Assembly: GCA_964016885.1 (NCBI GenBank)
Contig: OZ024747.1
Location: 40,858,001-40,922,000, forward strand
Length of the DNA stretch: 64,000 nt
Direction: 5' to 3'
From: Eledone cirrhosa
Taxonomy: Eukaryota
Shown: in pieces, positions 1 to 12,429 of the stretch
Layout of the letters: each line of letters starts with the position of its first letter
How positions within the stretch are numbered: position 1 is the stretch's first letter
The notes under the pieces: generated by a model
Database searches by the model: none
Seen by the model: only the letters and a program-made list of their open reading frames with translations
Told to the model about the DNA's origin: nothing
Translations under genes and position numbers: made by a program

Positions 1-99
1 GCAGCAATATTTCATTCATATATTCATCAGATGTTTTGTAGTTAAACATAGAGCCAAAAAGGAATTTTAAGGCAATGATACATACATACATACATACAT

Positions 100-420
100 A
101 GTACCGTAACTCCTGGAGGAGTCGAAAGGGAGCACTAATGACATACGGCTTTTCTATGGCATTTCGAAATCTGGTGGAGCCCATCTCTTCCCGAGGTCTG
201 AGTAAAGCAGATTTCTTCCGGTGAAAGATAGAAAGTGAGAGAATGGAAGTGAGAAAGAGATATAGAGGAAGAATTGACCCCAGTACTTGACTGGTACTTT
301 TTTATCTCCTTCGAATAGATGAAAGATAAAGTTGACCGTGAAGGGATTTGAACACAGAGCCATAACGAATACCCCAAAGCATTCTATCCGACGTTCTAAC
401 GACTCTAATTCGCTGCCTTC
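100..420 (-). mobile_element. tRNA-derived SINE with long 3' tail ending in (TATG)n
   Basis: Minus strand has a B-box-like GTTCAAATCC and CTTTCATCT..GATAAAAAAGTACCAG shared with the main SINE family; related copy at ~37760-38090. Confidence 0.6.
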
Positions 421-790
421 GGGCAATGATACGTACATGTAAATGAAGAAATTGTCATGAAAATCACAAAGGAATGAATTACATTTTTCAATAGATCGTT
501 TGATGTAATATCTTTGAAGTAATGATATTTCATATCTTCAAATATAGGAAATATTTTATTCTAAATCGAAAACGAATAACGTTTCCGTTCAGCGATTATT
601 TTCCAATATTTTACCAATACCTAATCTAACAGATATTAACGTCCACGAAAGGAAACAATATATTTATCCAAAGCAGACAAAAGTGGGCGAAGCAATATAA
701 AAATCGATATTAATACATAAAGCATATCATAAAATACGTATACTTTTATAATTTACATTATATACATTGGACGGATCTTGTTTTGTTGTT

Positions 791-836
791 AACACAACGT
801 TTCGGCTGATGTATTCTCCAGCCTTCATCAGGTGTC
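791..836 (-). ncRNA. Minimal type-I hammerhead ribozyme (PLE-associated)
   Basis: Minus: GACAC CTGATGA A GGCTG-loop-CAGCC GAAA CG TT GTGTT; stem I GACAC/GTGTT, palindromic stem III ACGU, NUH=GUU. Confidence 0.75.
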
Positions 837-2090
837 CCGGTGATGTTATTATTAACGTTTGTTCAGGTCACTGCCTAGAATTGTACTCGGAATCAACGAC
901 CATTCAGTGAATCCCTGCATTTCTTACACCGAAAGTGACAAGGGCGTGTTTATACTTCGGTGTACAACAAATGTCGCAAGGGATTTTGTTCAAAATATAC
1001 TATTTCTCCGGTTTTCTCACCTAAAAATATTGTCAGGCTCTTGCGCGAAAACCGAAAAGAATCAAATATCTGGCCGAGTGTGTGTAGGTGTGTATTTGGA
1101 GGTATGTCGGAGGAGGGTGTCTGTGTGTGTGTGTGGATAGAAATATAGAAGAGCCGCTGTTTAAGAAAAGAAGAAATAAGTAACACAAAGCATATACAAC
1201 AAACTAAGATGATAGAATAGATTTCTAAAATCATTTAATATCCTTTCAAATGTTTCAATAAAAATAAGTTAAATATAAAGTTAAATATAAAAATAAGTTA
1301 CAATATAGTAAAAAATAGGGTGTGTATTTATCACCTTATTGTTTCACTAACCGATGAATATAACTTTCCATTTCCAAAGAATCCTTGTGATGAAGGAATT
1401 TTCTTGTATTAGTTTATTTGGTTTATTTGTATTAGTTTATTTGGTTTGCATCTTCCCCACAAGGTATGAGACACATTCCTAAGGTACAACATAGTTGTAT
1501 AGAACACAGAACCATGTGGTTGCGAAGTGATCTGCTTTAACCATAAAATCATTCTGCACTCACCTTGTTGCCATAGAGTTATTTATATACGAACATATAA
1601 TTCGTTAATTTTCAGCTTTTTCATTAAGAATATTAGATGTAAACTTTTAAATTTAATTTCATTTTACTTAGAGAAAACTGATAAACAAAATGAAGAGATT
1701 TGTGGGATGTGGCATTAGAAAGAGATCGATAAAACGTAAATATAATTAGATTATCAAATGTTGTAATATGTAAATAATACAAATATAAAATGGCAGAGCA
1801 TGTGTAAGTAGTTCTATATATTAGAAAAAACGCAAAGAAACTATAAAAATATGTTACGTGATAACGCATCTTTTTATTTATCTTTTACTTTTAATCATGA
1901 CTGTAGATATTGAAAAAGAAATCTCCACTGAATATTATTCAAATGTTTTCGAAGTTTGTTGTTTCCTTATTTTATCTTAAGATTTGATTAACAGTGTTTT
2001 TAACGACGTATATGGTTTTACTAAATGGTACGAAATGAAAATTGGATAGATTAGAAACTTAATAGAAATTTGTTTGACTTAACATTATAA

Positions 2091-2272
2091 TTGGCAGTAT
2101 CAGTAGAGGGTCGGACGCCATGCTTTGACGCAAAGAGTTACAACCCTTTCCATTCTGAGTTCAAATCCCGCCGAGGTTAACTTTGCCTTTCATCCTTACG
2201 GGGTCGATAAAATAAAGTACCAGTAATGCACTGGGTAATTGCTGGCCTTGTGCCAAACGTAGAAACAATTAT
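2091..2272 (+). mobile_element. tRNA-derived SINE, main family of the window (Meta-domain-like core)
   Basis: A-box-like TGGCAGTATCAGTAG, B-box GAGTTCAAATCCC, core GCCTTTCATCCTTACGGGGTCGATAAAATAAAGTACCAG, tail GTAGAAACAATTATT; more than 12 copies in window. Confidence 0.85.
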
Positions 2273-2375
2273 TTTAATGAAAGAATTAATAATGCTTAAA
2301 ATTACTACCAATCTAGTTGTAATTATGTACATTGAAATGATCTCGTTTAATAGTAAAAATAATTTAATAATATAT

Positions 2376-2525
2376 ATGTTTCTTTATTAGCCACAAAAGA
2401 AGGCGACAAATGCAAAGGGGGAAGTTTACATACAATAAAAACGTGTAAAATACTATCACAAATGCAATTTAAAAATTAATCGATTTTCCCCAATAGGGGG
2501 AGACATTACATATGGGTAATATATA
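2376..2525 (-). mobile_element. 3' UTR fragment of the Tx1/L1 element found at 56-64 kb
   Basis: Matches 56486-56640 and 63650-63800 (GTTTCTTTATTAGCCAC...GATTTTCCCCAATA). Confidence 0.8.
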
Positions 2526-4272
2526 AAAACTTTGTATCACACTAAAGAAACATATTGTCTTATATAGTTAAAGTTTGATTCTGACATTAGTTAAAGCCTG
2601 GATATATTTGCTTCCACACATCAACAACTTCTCAAATATCTCCACATCTTATGAGACATAACGGTTATAGCCCAGACTATTTACAATGCTATCCGCACAG
2701 ATGATCACCCTGGTGGCCATACAAAAGGAAGGTGCAGAAGAACCACATCTTCATAAATAAGGAATACTAGTGGAACATTCTAGTAAACAGAACGATCCAG
2801 TGCAAACACAATGTATGTGATATTATTCTATGGAACAAGGAACAAATACGATGTACCATTGTTGCGGTTAAGGGTCCAGCAGCTGTGACTACTGTGTCTA
2901 AGTTTGTAGAAAATGAGAAAAATGATGCGGAACTTCCAGTTCACTTGTTCTAGATATAGATTCTCATTTATAATTATTATAGTTGGTTTAACTATGACAA
3001 ACTTACATGTTTGAAATACTTGAAACCACTTACTGATCTTTTCCACGAAGGTACAATGACAGCTGAATTACATCTTCTAAATCTAATTGAATGATGCTCC
3101 AAGAATGATTTATAAAACAATCCTGTGAATTTCCATTTGAGTAGCATGAAAATGGACACATACAATCACATTTGCACATGGCATAGACGCATATATACGT
3201 AAAGAGTAATCACACACACACACATGCCACCCCCCCCCCTTATACACACACACATGCCCCCACGCAGACAGATATTTGCCTCTTGGTGCATAAATATCCC
3301 GACGTTTAACGGATCCTGGCTAAGATTTTACCAAGATTTCGAGGAGCTAACCAAAAAGGAACCAAGGAACTAGAGGAATTATCAAAGACTTTCTTTACAT
3401 ATAATGCAAGAGACTCTCAATAGGCTATGATTGGTGGAACAACAGGGTTAATATTTTTATTTAAAAAAACACTGAGTTGTAGTTATAAACAGTGTCAAAT
3501 ATAAATGGAAACCAACATGAAACAGGAATATATCATCGCAGTAATATCCCTTCAGTTATATCCCTGACTAAGTACTAAGCTAAGCCGATATTATCCCCAA
3601 CATTTGTATTTCAAACTCAACCATAAAATATTCCTCACGACAAGCATCAAAATCATAGAACCTGAATCCCTTGCACGCGCTAGAAAACTAAAGTTTGCTG
3701 AATAATCACTACCACATGATATTAGTTAAAATATATAATCACTAGCACGTGTTGTCAGTTACAATATATCAATGTTAATCGATGTCATTGATAGATTCCG
3801 AGATATTCTTGGAATTAGTATTCAAGAATATTGCAGATTATATTTTTTTCTTTTTCACAGACACACTATTTATTTCACACAACTCAACTCCATTTTCTTT
3901 GTTTAGCATTCACTGGACATGTTTTATTACTGTCGTTAAATCAATGAGCAAATAATATTGAAGACGTTCTTACCGTATGATATGAGATCTCGGGGATTAT
4001 TGTATTCGTTTTTACAAATCACCAAGACAAAAAGATGAATGGAAGAACCGGACTGGATCATTTTCGTATATTGAATACGTTATATTCTGTGATCATTCAA
4101 CTCAAATGGTGACAATGGTAGATAATATAGGGTAACTAAGAGAAACTAACGCATACAGGTATTAGAAGAGATTATTCAAAACCATTGTAATCTTTATTAT
4201 ATATATGTTTTTATATGTGTGTGTGTGTGTGTTTGTGAGCGTGTGTGTGTGTGTGTGCGTGTGCGTGTGCGT

Positions 4273-4330
<58 letters not shown>

Positions 4331-4497
4331 TCTCGAGTTGTGTCGGGAGTAACAACAGTAAAAGAGCTTCTCAGTACATAGGTAGAATATATGCATTTTA
4401 ATTTTATATAAAAATGACTTCTACAGGACTAAAGCTGTTTTGTTTGTACAAATGGAATAGTTCTAGTCCTGTAGAAGTAATTTCTAAACAAAATAAA

Positions 4498-4630
<133 letters not shown>

Positions 4631-4699
4631 CTTAAATGTAATGTACATACATGTATACATACATACATTTTCTTTCCTTCCATAAGATCTGATACTTTT

Positions 4700-4935
4700 T
4701 GATATATCAAAAAAGTATCAGATCTTATGGAAAGAAACAAATTACATGTTTAGTGAGGTTTAGTTTAGTAATCCCCTTCAAAGTAGGCCCCTTTTGTCTG
4801 AACACACTTATCTCAGTGACCCTGAAGCACCACTGGTATACTTCTTCCCGAATGCCTCTCAGCTCCACTGTCGTTGTCCTTTTGATGTCCTCTCAGCTCT
4901 CAAAGTGGAAGCCCTTCAGTAACATCTTCATTTTG
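4700..4935 (-). mobile_element. Mariner transposase 3' fragment with terminal palindrome
   Basis: Minus translation LKGFHFES*EDIKRTTTVELRGI...KGAYFEG resembles the C-terminus of the mariner at 41 kb; palindrome AAGATCTGATACTTTTTGATATATCAAAAAAGTATCAGATCTT. Confidence 0.6.
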
Positions 4936-5180
4936 ATATTAGTAAAGCCTCCAAAATTACCTTCTTTGTACTAGATTCATTATAGAATTATATTATTATC
5001 AACTAATGTTTTTTCTATATAGTGTTATTGGATGTGAAGCATTATAATGATTATCCATTTTTGTATGTACATAGTTAAGTGATGAAGAAAGTGTCACGCA
5101 TACGTGACCACCGTAGTAATTTTGGTCATGAAGTTTTTTACACCTTTCATGTTTACTTTTAAAGTACACTTGTCTGCTCG

Positions 5181-5303
<123 letters not shown>

Positions 5304-6476
5304 ATGTATAGCTTTACAATATTGACTTGGGGAATATACTGTAGTTAAGACTCACTGGGTGCATGTTCTGCAAATATTAAGAGAAACTACTTCAAATTAA
5401 AGCCGAAGATATTTTCTTGATCTCTGTATCTGACTACATTTTAGAAGCTCCCTTAAGGTTTCAAGTTTCATTTACCTGTCAAGTAAGTGTAACCCAAGAA
5501 AATTTAATTATCGACAATGCTTTTGTTTTATTTTTTTCATACTTCTATAATCAATAAAAAAATCTAATTTTGTATCATCCGATATTCTGGCTTCATTTTG
5601 CTTTTTAAAATAATTACACAGGTTCAGTGAAACAACATAGCTGCTCTTCTATCAGTGATATATTTTTATTCGATAGGTCTCTACACCAGCTGTGTGGTAT
5701 TATACTTCGTTTAGCGGCATCATTGAAAGCTGAACCATTTTATTGATTAGATGTTTGGCCTGCCAGTAAAATATTAAATATTCTGTTTCAAGACTTATAA
5801 TGAAATTCTATGCACTTTGACGTTGATGTACAACAGAAAGTGTCTAGAAAGTTAATTGAATTCAAAAAAATAAAATAACATTCTGAAAATAATTGTTTGT
5901 TGAGCTAATGTATCAAGATAGTTAGTGTACACAGTTATCCTATCATCTTACAGACGCTGAGTGTTGAATTCTCGTTCAAAAAAATTAATGTTCATTCACT
6001 TAATCAACCTAACTTTGTATAATCAACCTAACTTTGTATAAATCCCACAGTAAATTAAAGGATAACAATGTATGGAGCAGAGATATTATTTAATTGGCAC
6101 ATGTCTTCTTACATTCCAGTGCAATAGTGTTGCAGAGTCATTAAAACGTCAGACAAAATATATCGTATTTAGTTCCAACACTTAAGGTTCTAGGTTAAAA
6201 TTCTGCTCTAATCAATTTTGCCTTTTATTCTCCCGAGATCGATATAGTGTCCAAATAAAGTGATGATGATACTGCTGACTTCCACGTTTGATTTAGCAAG
6301 AGACTACGACTGAGACTCTTGAATGAATCTCCTTGGTGCTGACTACGCATTCAAGCTGGATAAACGTATATATAGAATTGCTGTGAGAAGTAGCAACAGA
6401 AGCATTATTAGGTGTGAAATACTCATGAAACAATGCTATACAGTTCTTTAGTTATATATATACACACACACGCATA

Positions 6477-6600
<124 letters not shown>

Positions 6601-6882
6601 AAAAGAGAGAGAGACCGGTAGAGAGACAGAGGGAGGTATGCATGTATGTGTGTATGTATATATGTAACCTTAAAGAAGCTTGCAGAGATTAAATGTGAAA
6701 CCACATAACCTTACGGTCGGAACTCTACTTTCAATATATGCATAACGTTGAGTGCTTTACCTTATTACATCATGATTTCTAACCGGAATGAGCAGATCGA
6801 TCTACCCATTGAAAATAATGTTATATATATATATATTTAAAAGTTAAACAAGGTTCAATGAATACATCAATGAATAAGTTTT

Positions 6883-6928
<46 letters not shown>

Positions 6929-7022
6929 CGTCTCTAATAGTATTTTACCTGATTTTCTAAAGCTATTATTTATAGCGATCGATTGTTACAGCTATTTTCT
7001 GCGTGTTTGGATTTCCACATTT

Positions 7023-7084
<62 letters not shown>

Positions 7085-7582
7085 TTTTATTTTATTTGAA
7101 TCTTCATTTTTATTTTTCACTTTTCATTTTCATTTTTCATTTTCCATTTTCATTTTTCATTACTTTTTCATTAATTTTTAATTTATACTGTATTTATTAT
7201 TTATTTTCTGTTTTCTTCAATTTTTTCTTCATTTTATTGCCTTCTATTCCTTCATATACATGGCAGAACCTATAGCTGAATCCAACAACAACACCACTAC
7301 CAACATAAGAATAGAGGTCAGATGTACCTAACAATAACAAGAACAACAACTACAGATTGGCTTGCCTCAGAACGAATTTCTATAGACTTTTGACTGAGGA
7401 ATGTTCTAACTGACCAATGAGAGGAGAAGAGGCCCTTTGACGCTGAAATTCGTTTGTTTAAATTCATATGATTCCAGTTCCTCAGTGAAATAACAACCCA
7501 ACCAGGAACTGGGCATATCAGAGTATTGACAAAGTTAAAAGCCTCAACAACATGTGTACTCGTCTCTACCACACTAATTCGG

Positions 7583-7637
7583 ACTGCCTGAAGATGTCAC
7601 AGCCAAAGATGGCTGTCACCGAAATATATATAGCAGT
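7583..7637 (+). ncRNA. Minimal type-I hammerhead ribozyme
   Basis: ACTGC CTGAAGA TGTCACAGCC-AAAGAT-GGCTGTCACC GAAA TATATA TA GCAGT; stem I ACTGC/GCAGT; stem II has 2 basal mismatches. Confidence 0.75.
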
Positions 7638-7687
7638 AATAAACGTAGCCAAATTTAAACATTTGACTTATTTATTTTATTTTATAT

Positions 7688-7763
<76 letters not shown>

Positions 7764-7764
<1 letters not shown>

Positions 7765-8502
7765 AAGAATTAATATATCTAGTAACATATATATACACAG
7801 ATGCATACTTATGCTAGCAAATACATAGGTTTTGTCTTAGTAACTTTGTGGTTCAATGCATGGGGATGCAGAACAATAATATGAGAGACGTAAAATAAGA
7901 AAATTATAAAATGAACTTACTTACTAAAATTTCACTCCAACTAATTAGTTTCTGAAAGGGAATAAACATAGCTTCCGAAGAAACTTACGGAGAAGCCTTT
8001 CATCATCAGGGAAGTCTATTCTCAGCTAAGTTTCCAGGCAATACGTGGACACAGGGAACTTATACAAAAATAATTCAGTGGATGGAAAAAAGCAAAGCGT
8101 GGACTAAATTCCAAGCCATTGAAAAAATCACTGCCTACTGCTTCGGTGGCAAATTCAAAAGAATCAGTCACGTGACATCGAGGTCAATCAGTGAAGAGTG
8201 GTTTGTTAAGAAGACAGCAGCCGGACTGTTACTATAGTAGCAGTTTTGGCCAATTTTTGCTCGACAAAATAATTTGGAGATAATTATAAAGAATTAATAT
8301 ATCTAGTAACATATATATACACAGATGCATACTTATGCTAGCAAATACATAGGTTTTGTCTTAGTAACTTTGTGGTTCAATGCATGGGGATGCAGAACAA
8401 TAATATGGGAGACGTAAAATAAGAAAATTATAAAATTAACTTACTTACTAAAATTAGTAAGTAAGTTAATTTTATAATTTTCTTATTTTACGTCTCTCAT
8501 AT
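7764..8502. mobile_element. ORF-less PLE-like element: 524-bp unit + partial tandem copy + short inverted arm, in (TA)n
   Basis: 7764-7930 repeated at 8288-8455; 8456-8502 is the reverse complement of the preceding sequence; second family member at 35478-36356. Confidence 0.7.
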
Positions 8503-8555
8503 ATATATATATATATATTAAAATACAAATATTAATAGAATAGATGTTCTTTTGA

Positions 8556-8623
8556 TCAATCACATTTTATTATACATATTTCGGATGTACAACAGTACGT
8601 CCTCATCAGACAAAATATAATGA
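8556..8623 (-). ncRNA. Hammerhead ribozyme in 3' pLTR
   Basis: Minus: ATATTTTGT CTGATGA GGA C GTAC-TGTT-GTAC A TCC GAAA TATGTA TA ATAAAATGT. Confidence 0.85.
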
Positions 8624-10063
8624 TACAGGACATACCCTGAGATGTTAAATGGTTAAGATTTAATCAAGGTAGTGATTAACCTAACAGAAAGTTTAACATT
8701 TATACCCTAATAATGAGAAAATGCGAAAGCGTAATAAATTCAATAGAGAATGTGTGAGTAAGTAAAATGTTGCTTAATGTAACAGTTATAGAGATTTTAA
8801 AATGTATGATACTACAATTTATTTTTATCTGGGAAAACAGTCAATGAGAGCCACTGAAATAGGATATATATAGAGGGAAAGATAAAGGGTAATATATGTA
8901 GAAGGAGATTTTCCGAAAGTTAAACGGTTAAGTTTGAAAATATTTAATTTATGCTATTTTAGGGTGAAGAATCAAGATTTTAGGTTGTTGTTTTTTTAAA
9001 TTGCTGGTTATTTATATTTATTAGTTTTGTAAATTCTATAAGTGTGTTAACATTTCTAAACTTCGGAATTTTATGAGGATAACATTTAAAGGAAAGTTTA
9101 CACTGTTGAATATTTTCCTAAATGTAAACTTTACCGAAGATAATCATTGTCAACAAGTTAGGTATGTAAATCTTATGAAGTACTTATTGTTAGAAATATT
9201 TAAATAACGATTATGTATATATATATATATTAATGAACCAGTATATTTCAGGTAAATGATAACGAAAATAAAAATAAAATAATAGATTGAGGCATGCTAA
9301 AGTTAAATATATACCTATATATAACAGGGTGTAAATGCATTAATTATTCATAGTTCGAAATAAATAATAATCAAGAAATTTAGAAGTTAACTAAAAATGA
9401 TGTATAGAAAGATACAGGGAGGTATATATGGATCTAAATTAGGTATTATTGATACAGTATACTTTAGGTAAATGATGACGGTTATAATTTTATATAATAA
9501 AGTTCGAACGTGTTATAGTTAAATACATATACATTTAAGAAAAGCAATAATAAATGCATGGATAATTCAGAGTTCAAAATAAGGTCTATAATAATTTATA
9601 GTTTGTATATTTGCTCTATATTTGAATCATGGATATAAAAATGCAGTAGGTATATTTAAAAAAACGTAGAAAATATAATTACATACATATTATAAATAAG
9701 ACATCAAAAACACATGAAAGATTCACAGTTAGAAATAAGTTCCGTAAAAATGTAAGGGTTGGATATTAAACTAAAATTTAAAACTTAGATTGGAAGATAA
9801 AGATAGAGAAATAAAGAAATAATGATATGGATCAAAGTTAATAATATTATGTTATGTATATCAATGTTCCGGCATGTTATTGAACATGTGTCTTTCATTC
9901 GAGCGTTATTTCTTCTATAGATAGTTATAAGATAATGCAATATTAAAGGCCATTAATGTTTTTCCCTGTTGATTATATACAACCAAGTTTTTAATGGTTA
10001 AGTGTTTCTCTCTCTTTTTTTTCTCGTTTTGTGGGAGGCAACTAGAGAATAATTCACTTTTTT

Positions 10064-10430
10064 TTAAATTAGGGTCTCATAGTTATTAATAATCAACAGG
10101 GTCTCCATTGTACAGAGCGCGCAGTTATTTGATATACTAGAGTTGCGGTAAACTCCACAGTTCCGAAGTTTAGTCCAAAGAATGGAGTATTTTAAATTCC
10201 TCTCTTTTAATAACCATATGAGCTGTGATAAAGACGTGGATGATTTCCTCTTGGAGTTCGAGAAAGAGCATTTATGGTTCTCAAATCTGGCTTTAAATGT
10301 AGAAGAAGTCGATCCTATGTAGTTGTATGTGTTGTGATCAGTTTTTACGGTGCATTTATAAACCAAATTACTATCTAGACAATTATTTTGCAAAGGGCAA
10401 TCAGTTTTATTTCTACAATTACATTTTGGT
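10064..10430 (-). pseudogene. PLE GIY-YIG endonuclease remnant (Naiad-like)
   Basis: CNCRNKTDCPLQNNCL..LVYKCTV..YIGSTSSTFKARFENHKCSF..TSLSQLIWLLK..CALC. Confidence 0.85.
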
Positions 10431-10670
10431 TTAGTATCATTTATGTTAACTCTATTATTAAGATGATTATGCTGGTTTTATTTTGGGATTTTAGTGTTTA
10501 ATTTGACAATGTTTTAGGCCATGTTCATAGTTGTAGAATACGAGAATTTATTGAATTTATTACGTTTTCGCATTTTCTCATTATTAGGGTATAAATGTTA
10601 AACTATCTGTTAGGTTAATCACTACCTTGATTACATCTTAACCATTTAACATCTCAGGGTATGTTATGTA

Positions 10671-10738
10671 TCATTATATTTTGTCTGATGAGGACATACT
10701 GTTGTCCATCCGAAATATGTATAATAAAATGTAATTGA
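10671..10738 (+). ncRNA. Hammerhead ribozyme in inverted 5' pLTR
   Basis: TCATTATATTTTGT CTGATGA GGA...TCC GAAA TATGTA TA ATAAAATGTAATTGA; inverted copy of 8556-8623. Confidence 0.8.
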
Positions 10739-10916
10739 CCCAAAGAACATCTATTTTATTAATATTTGTATTTTAATATTAATAACTCTGGAAAATTATT
10801 TTCTCGTAGAGTGCTTCCAATCTACTGTAAAACTCATTCTTTGATATACTCATTGAATCTTGTTTAACTCTTTAATATATATATATACACACACAGACAT
10901 ATATATATATATATAT

Positions 10917-10973
<57 letters not shown>

Positions 10974-11153
10974 TATCCACGGTAAGTTGTGGGGTCTAGT
11001 CTGTATGAAGAACTCAATGTAATCCATATGTTGAAAATGTTGTATGTTAAAATAAATCCCGGAAAACAATAAAACATTAAAAGGAAAACAGAGTCATGAT
11101 ATAAGTTAAAACAATGAAATAAAAAATCAAGTCATTAGAAATATACTTCACTG

Positions 11154-11243
11154 CTTTACGATCGTTTCTATGTGATGATAATACATCGTAACTATATTTC
11201 CATGTCGATCTATGTAAGGCTAGTTACAAAATATCAGATAAAG
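11154..11243 (-). ncRNA. Degenerate hammerhead-like motif with long stem II
   Basis: Minus: CTTTAT CTGATAT ... GAAA CGATCG TA AAG; palindromic stem III and GUA present, 5' core mutated. Confidence 0.35.
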
Positions 11244-11677
11244 AGAATATTTACTTACATGCATATCACCAGCTGTTGTCAAAAGCAATAATAATTTTAT
11301 TCAAAATTAGTAGTAAATTAGTATTATGTTTGGAGGTAGTTGAAGATCTAACCAATCAGATTGTTTTTTTCCATATGATGTTAAGATGAAAAATAATTCA
11401 TTTTAGTTGAGGTCATGACCCTTTGAAAGGAATGGTTGGATGGTGTTAATAATAGAATTGTCATGAAAAATCTATTAGGAAGAAAGGGATTGTCAAATTG
11501 ATAGTTGAATGTATATGGTATAGTGAAGTTTAAAACGAATGTAAAAATTAAATGTTGAGTTGTGTTGTATGGAGTTTTTAGGTGAATATAAATTAAGATC
11601 ATGGCTAGGAAAGATAATATATTAAAAGATGAAAATTATAATAAGATAATGAAATACAGTAATACAATAATATAATA

Positions 11678-11862
11678 TAATTATTTCTACTTTAGGCACA
11701 AGGCCAGCAATTACCCAGTGCATTACTGGTACTTTATTTTATCGACCCCGTAAGGATGAATGGCAAAGTTAACCTCGGCGGGATTTGAACTCAGAATGTA
11801 AAGGGATGTAACTATGCTAGAAAGCATGGCGTCCAACCCTCTACCGATACTGCCAATTCACC
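11678..11862 (-). mobile_element. tRNA-derived SINE, main family
   Basis: Reverse complement of 2091-2272. Confidence 0.85.
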
Positions 11863-12274
11863 ATCCTTAATATAATATAATATAATGTAACACAATATAG
11901 TACGGTGTGGTAAATTGTACTTAGTATAATACAGGGAGATACGCTTTAAAATATTTTCAAGTATGTCTATGTATAAATAATCAAACTCAGATAAATACAT
12001 GTTGACATAGTCAAAACGCATAAATTTCATAGATCACAAAGTACATATACCCACATTATAGATAGAGGTATAGTTATATTGATACTCAACTAAAAATATA
12101 CATACGCATAAATAGATGCAAACATATACATACATCTACACATGTGCACACAATCTTATACACATATATTTATATATATATATGTTTTCATATACACACC
12201 TATACACACATATATATATGTACACACACATACATGTACACACACACATATAAACACTCATACACATATACTCG

Positions 12275-12353
<79 letters not shown>

Positions 12354-12429
12354 TTCCATATCATACATACATAGATACATATTTACTCATGCAATTACGG
12401 GTGGTTGTGTACCTTGTTGCCCTTAGTCA

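Larger units (their letters stand above)
8518..10875 (-). mobile_element. 5'-truncated Penelope-like element (Naiad-type GIY-YIG) with inverted pLTRs
   Basis: GIY-YIG remnant at 10064-10430; 8518-8745 inverted at 10549-10776, each arm carrying a hammerhead; flanked by (TA)n. Confidence 0.85.

Noticed and set aside
1-45. Minus CTGATGA..GAAA possible hammerhead
   Set aside because: Stem II is only 2 bp, there is no convincing NUH/stem III, and the 3' strand runs off the window
2580-3130. Possible decayed DNA-transposase-like coding sequence on minus
   Set aside because: Too degenerate to assign from sequence alone
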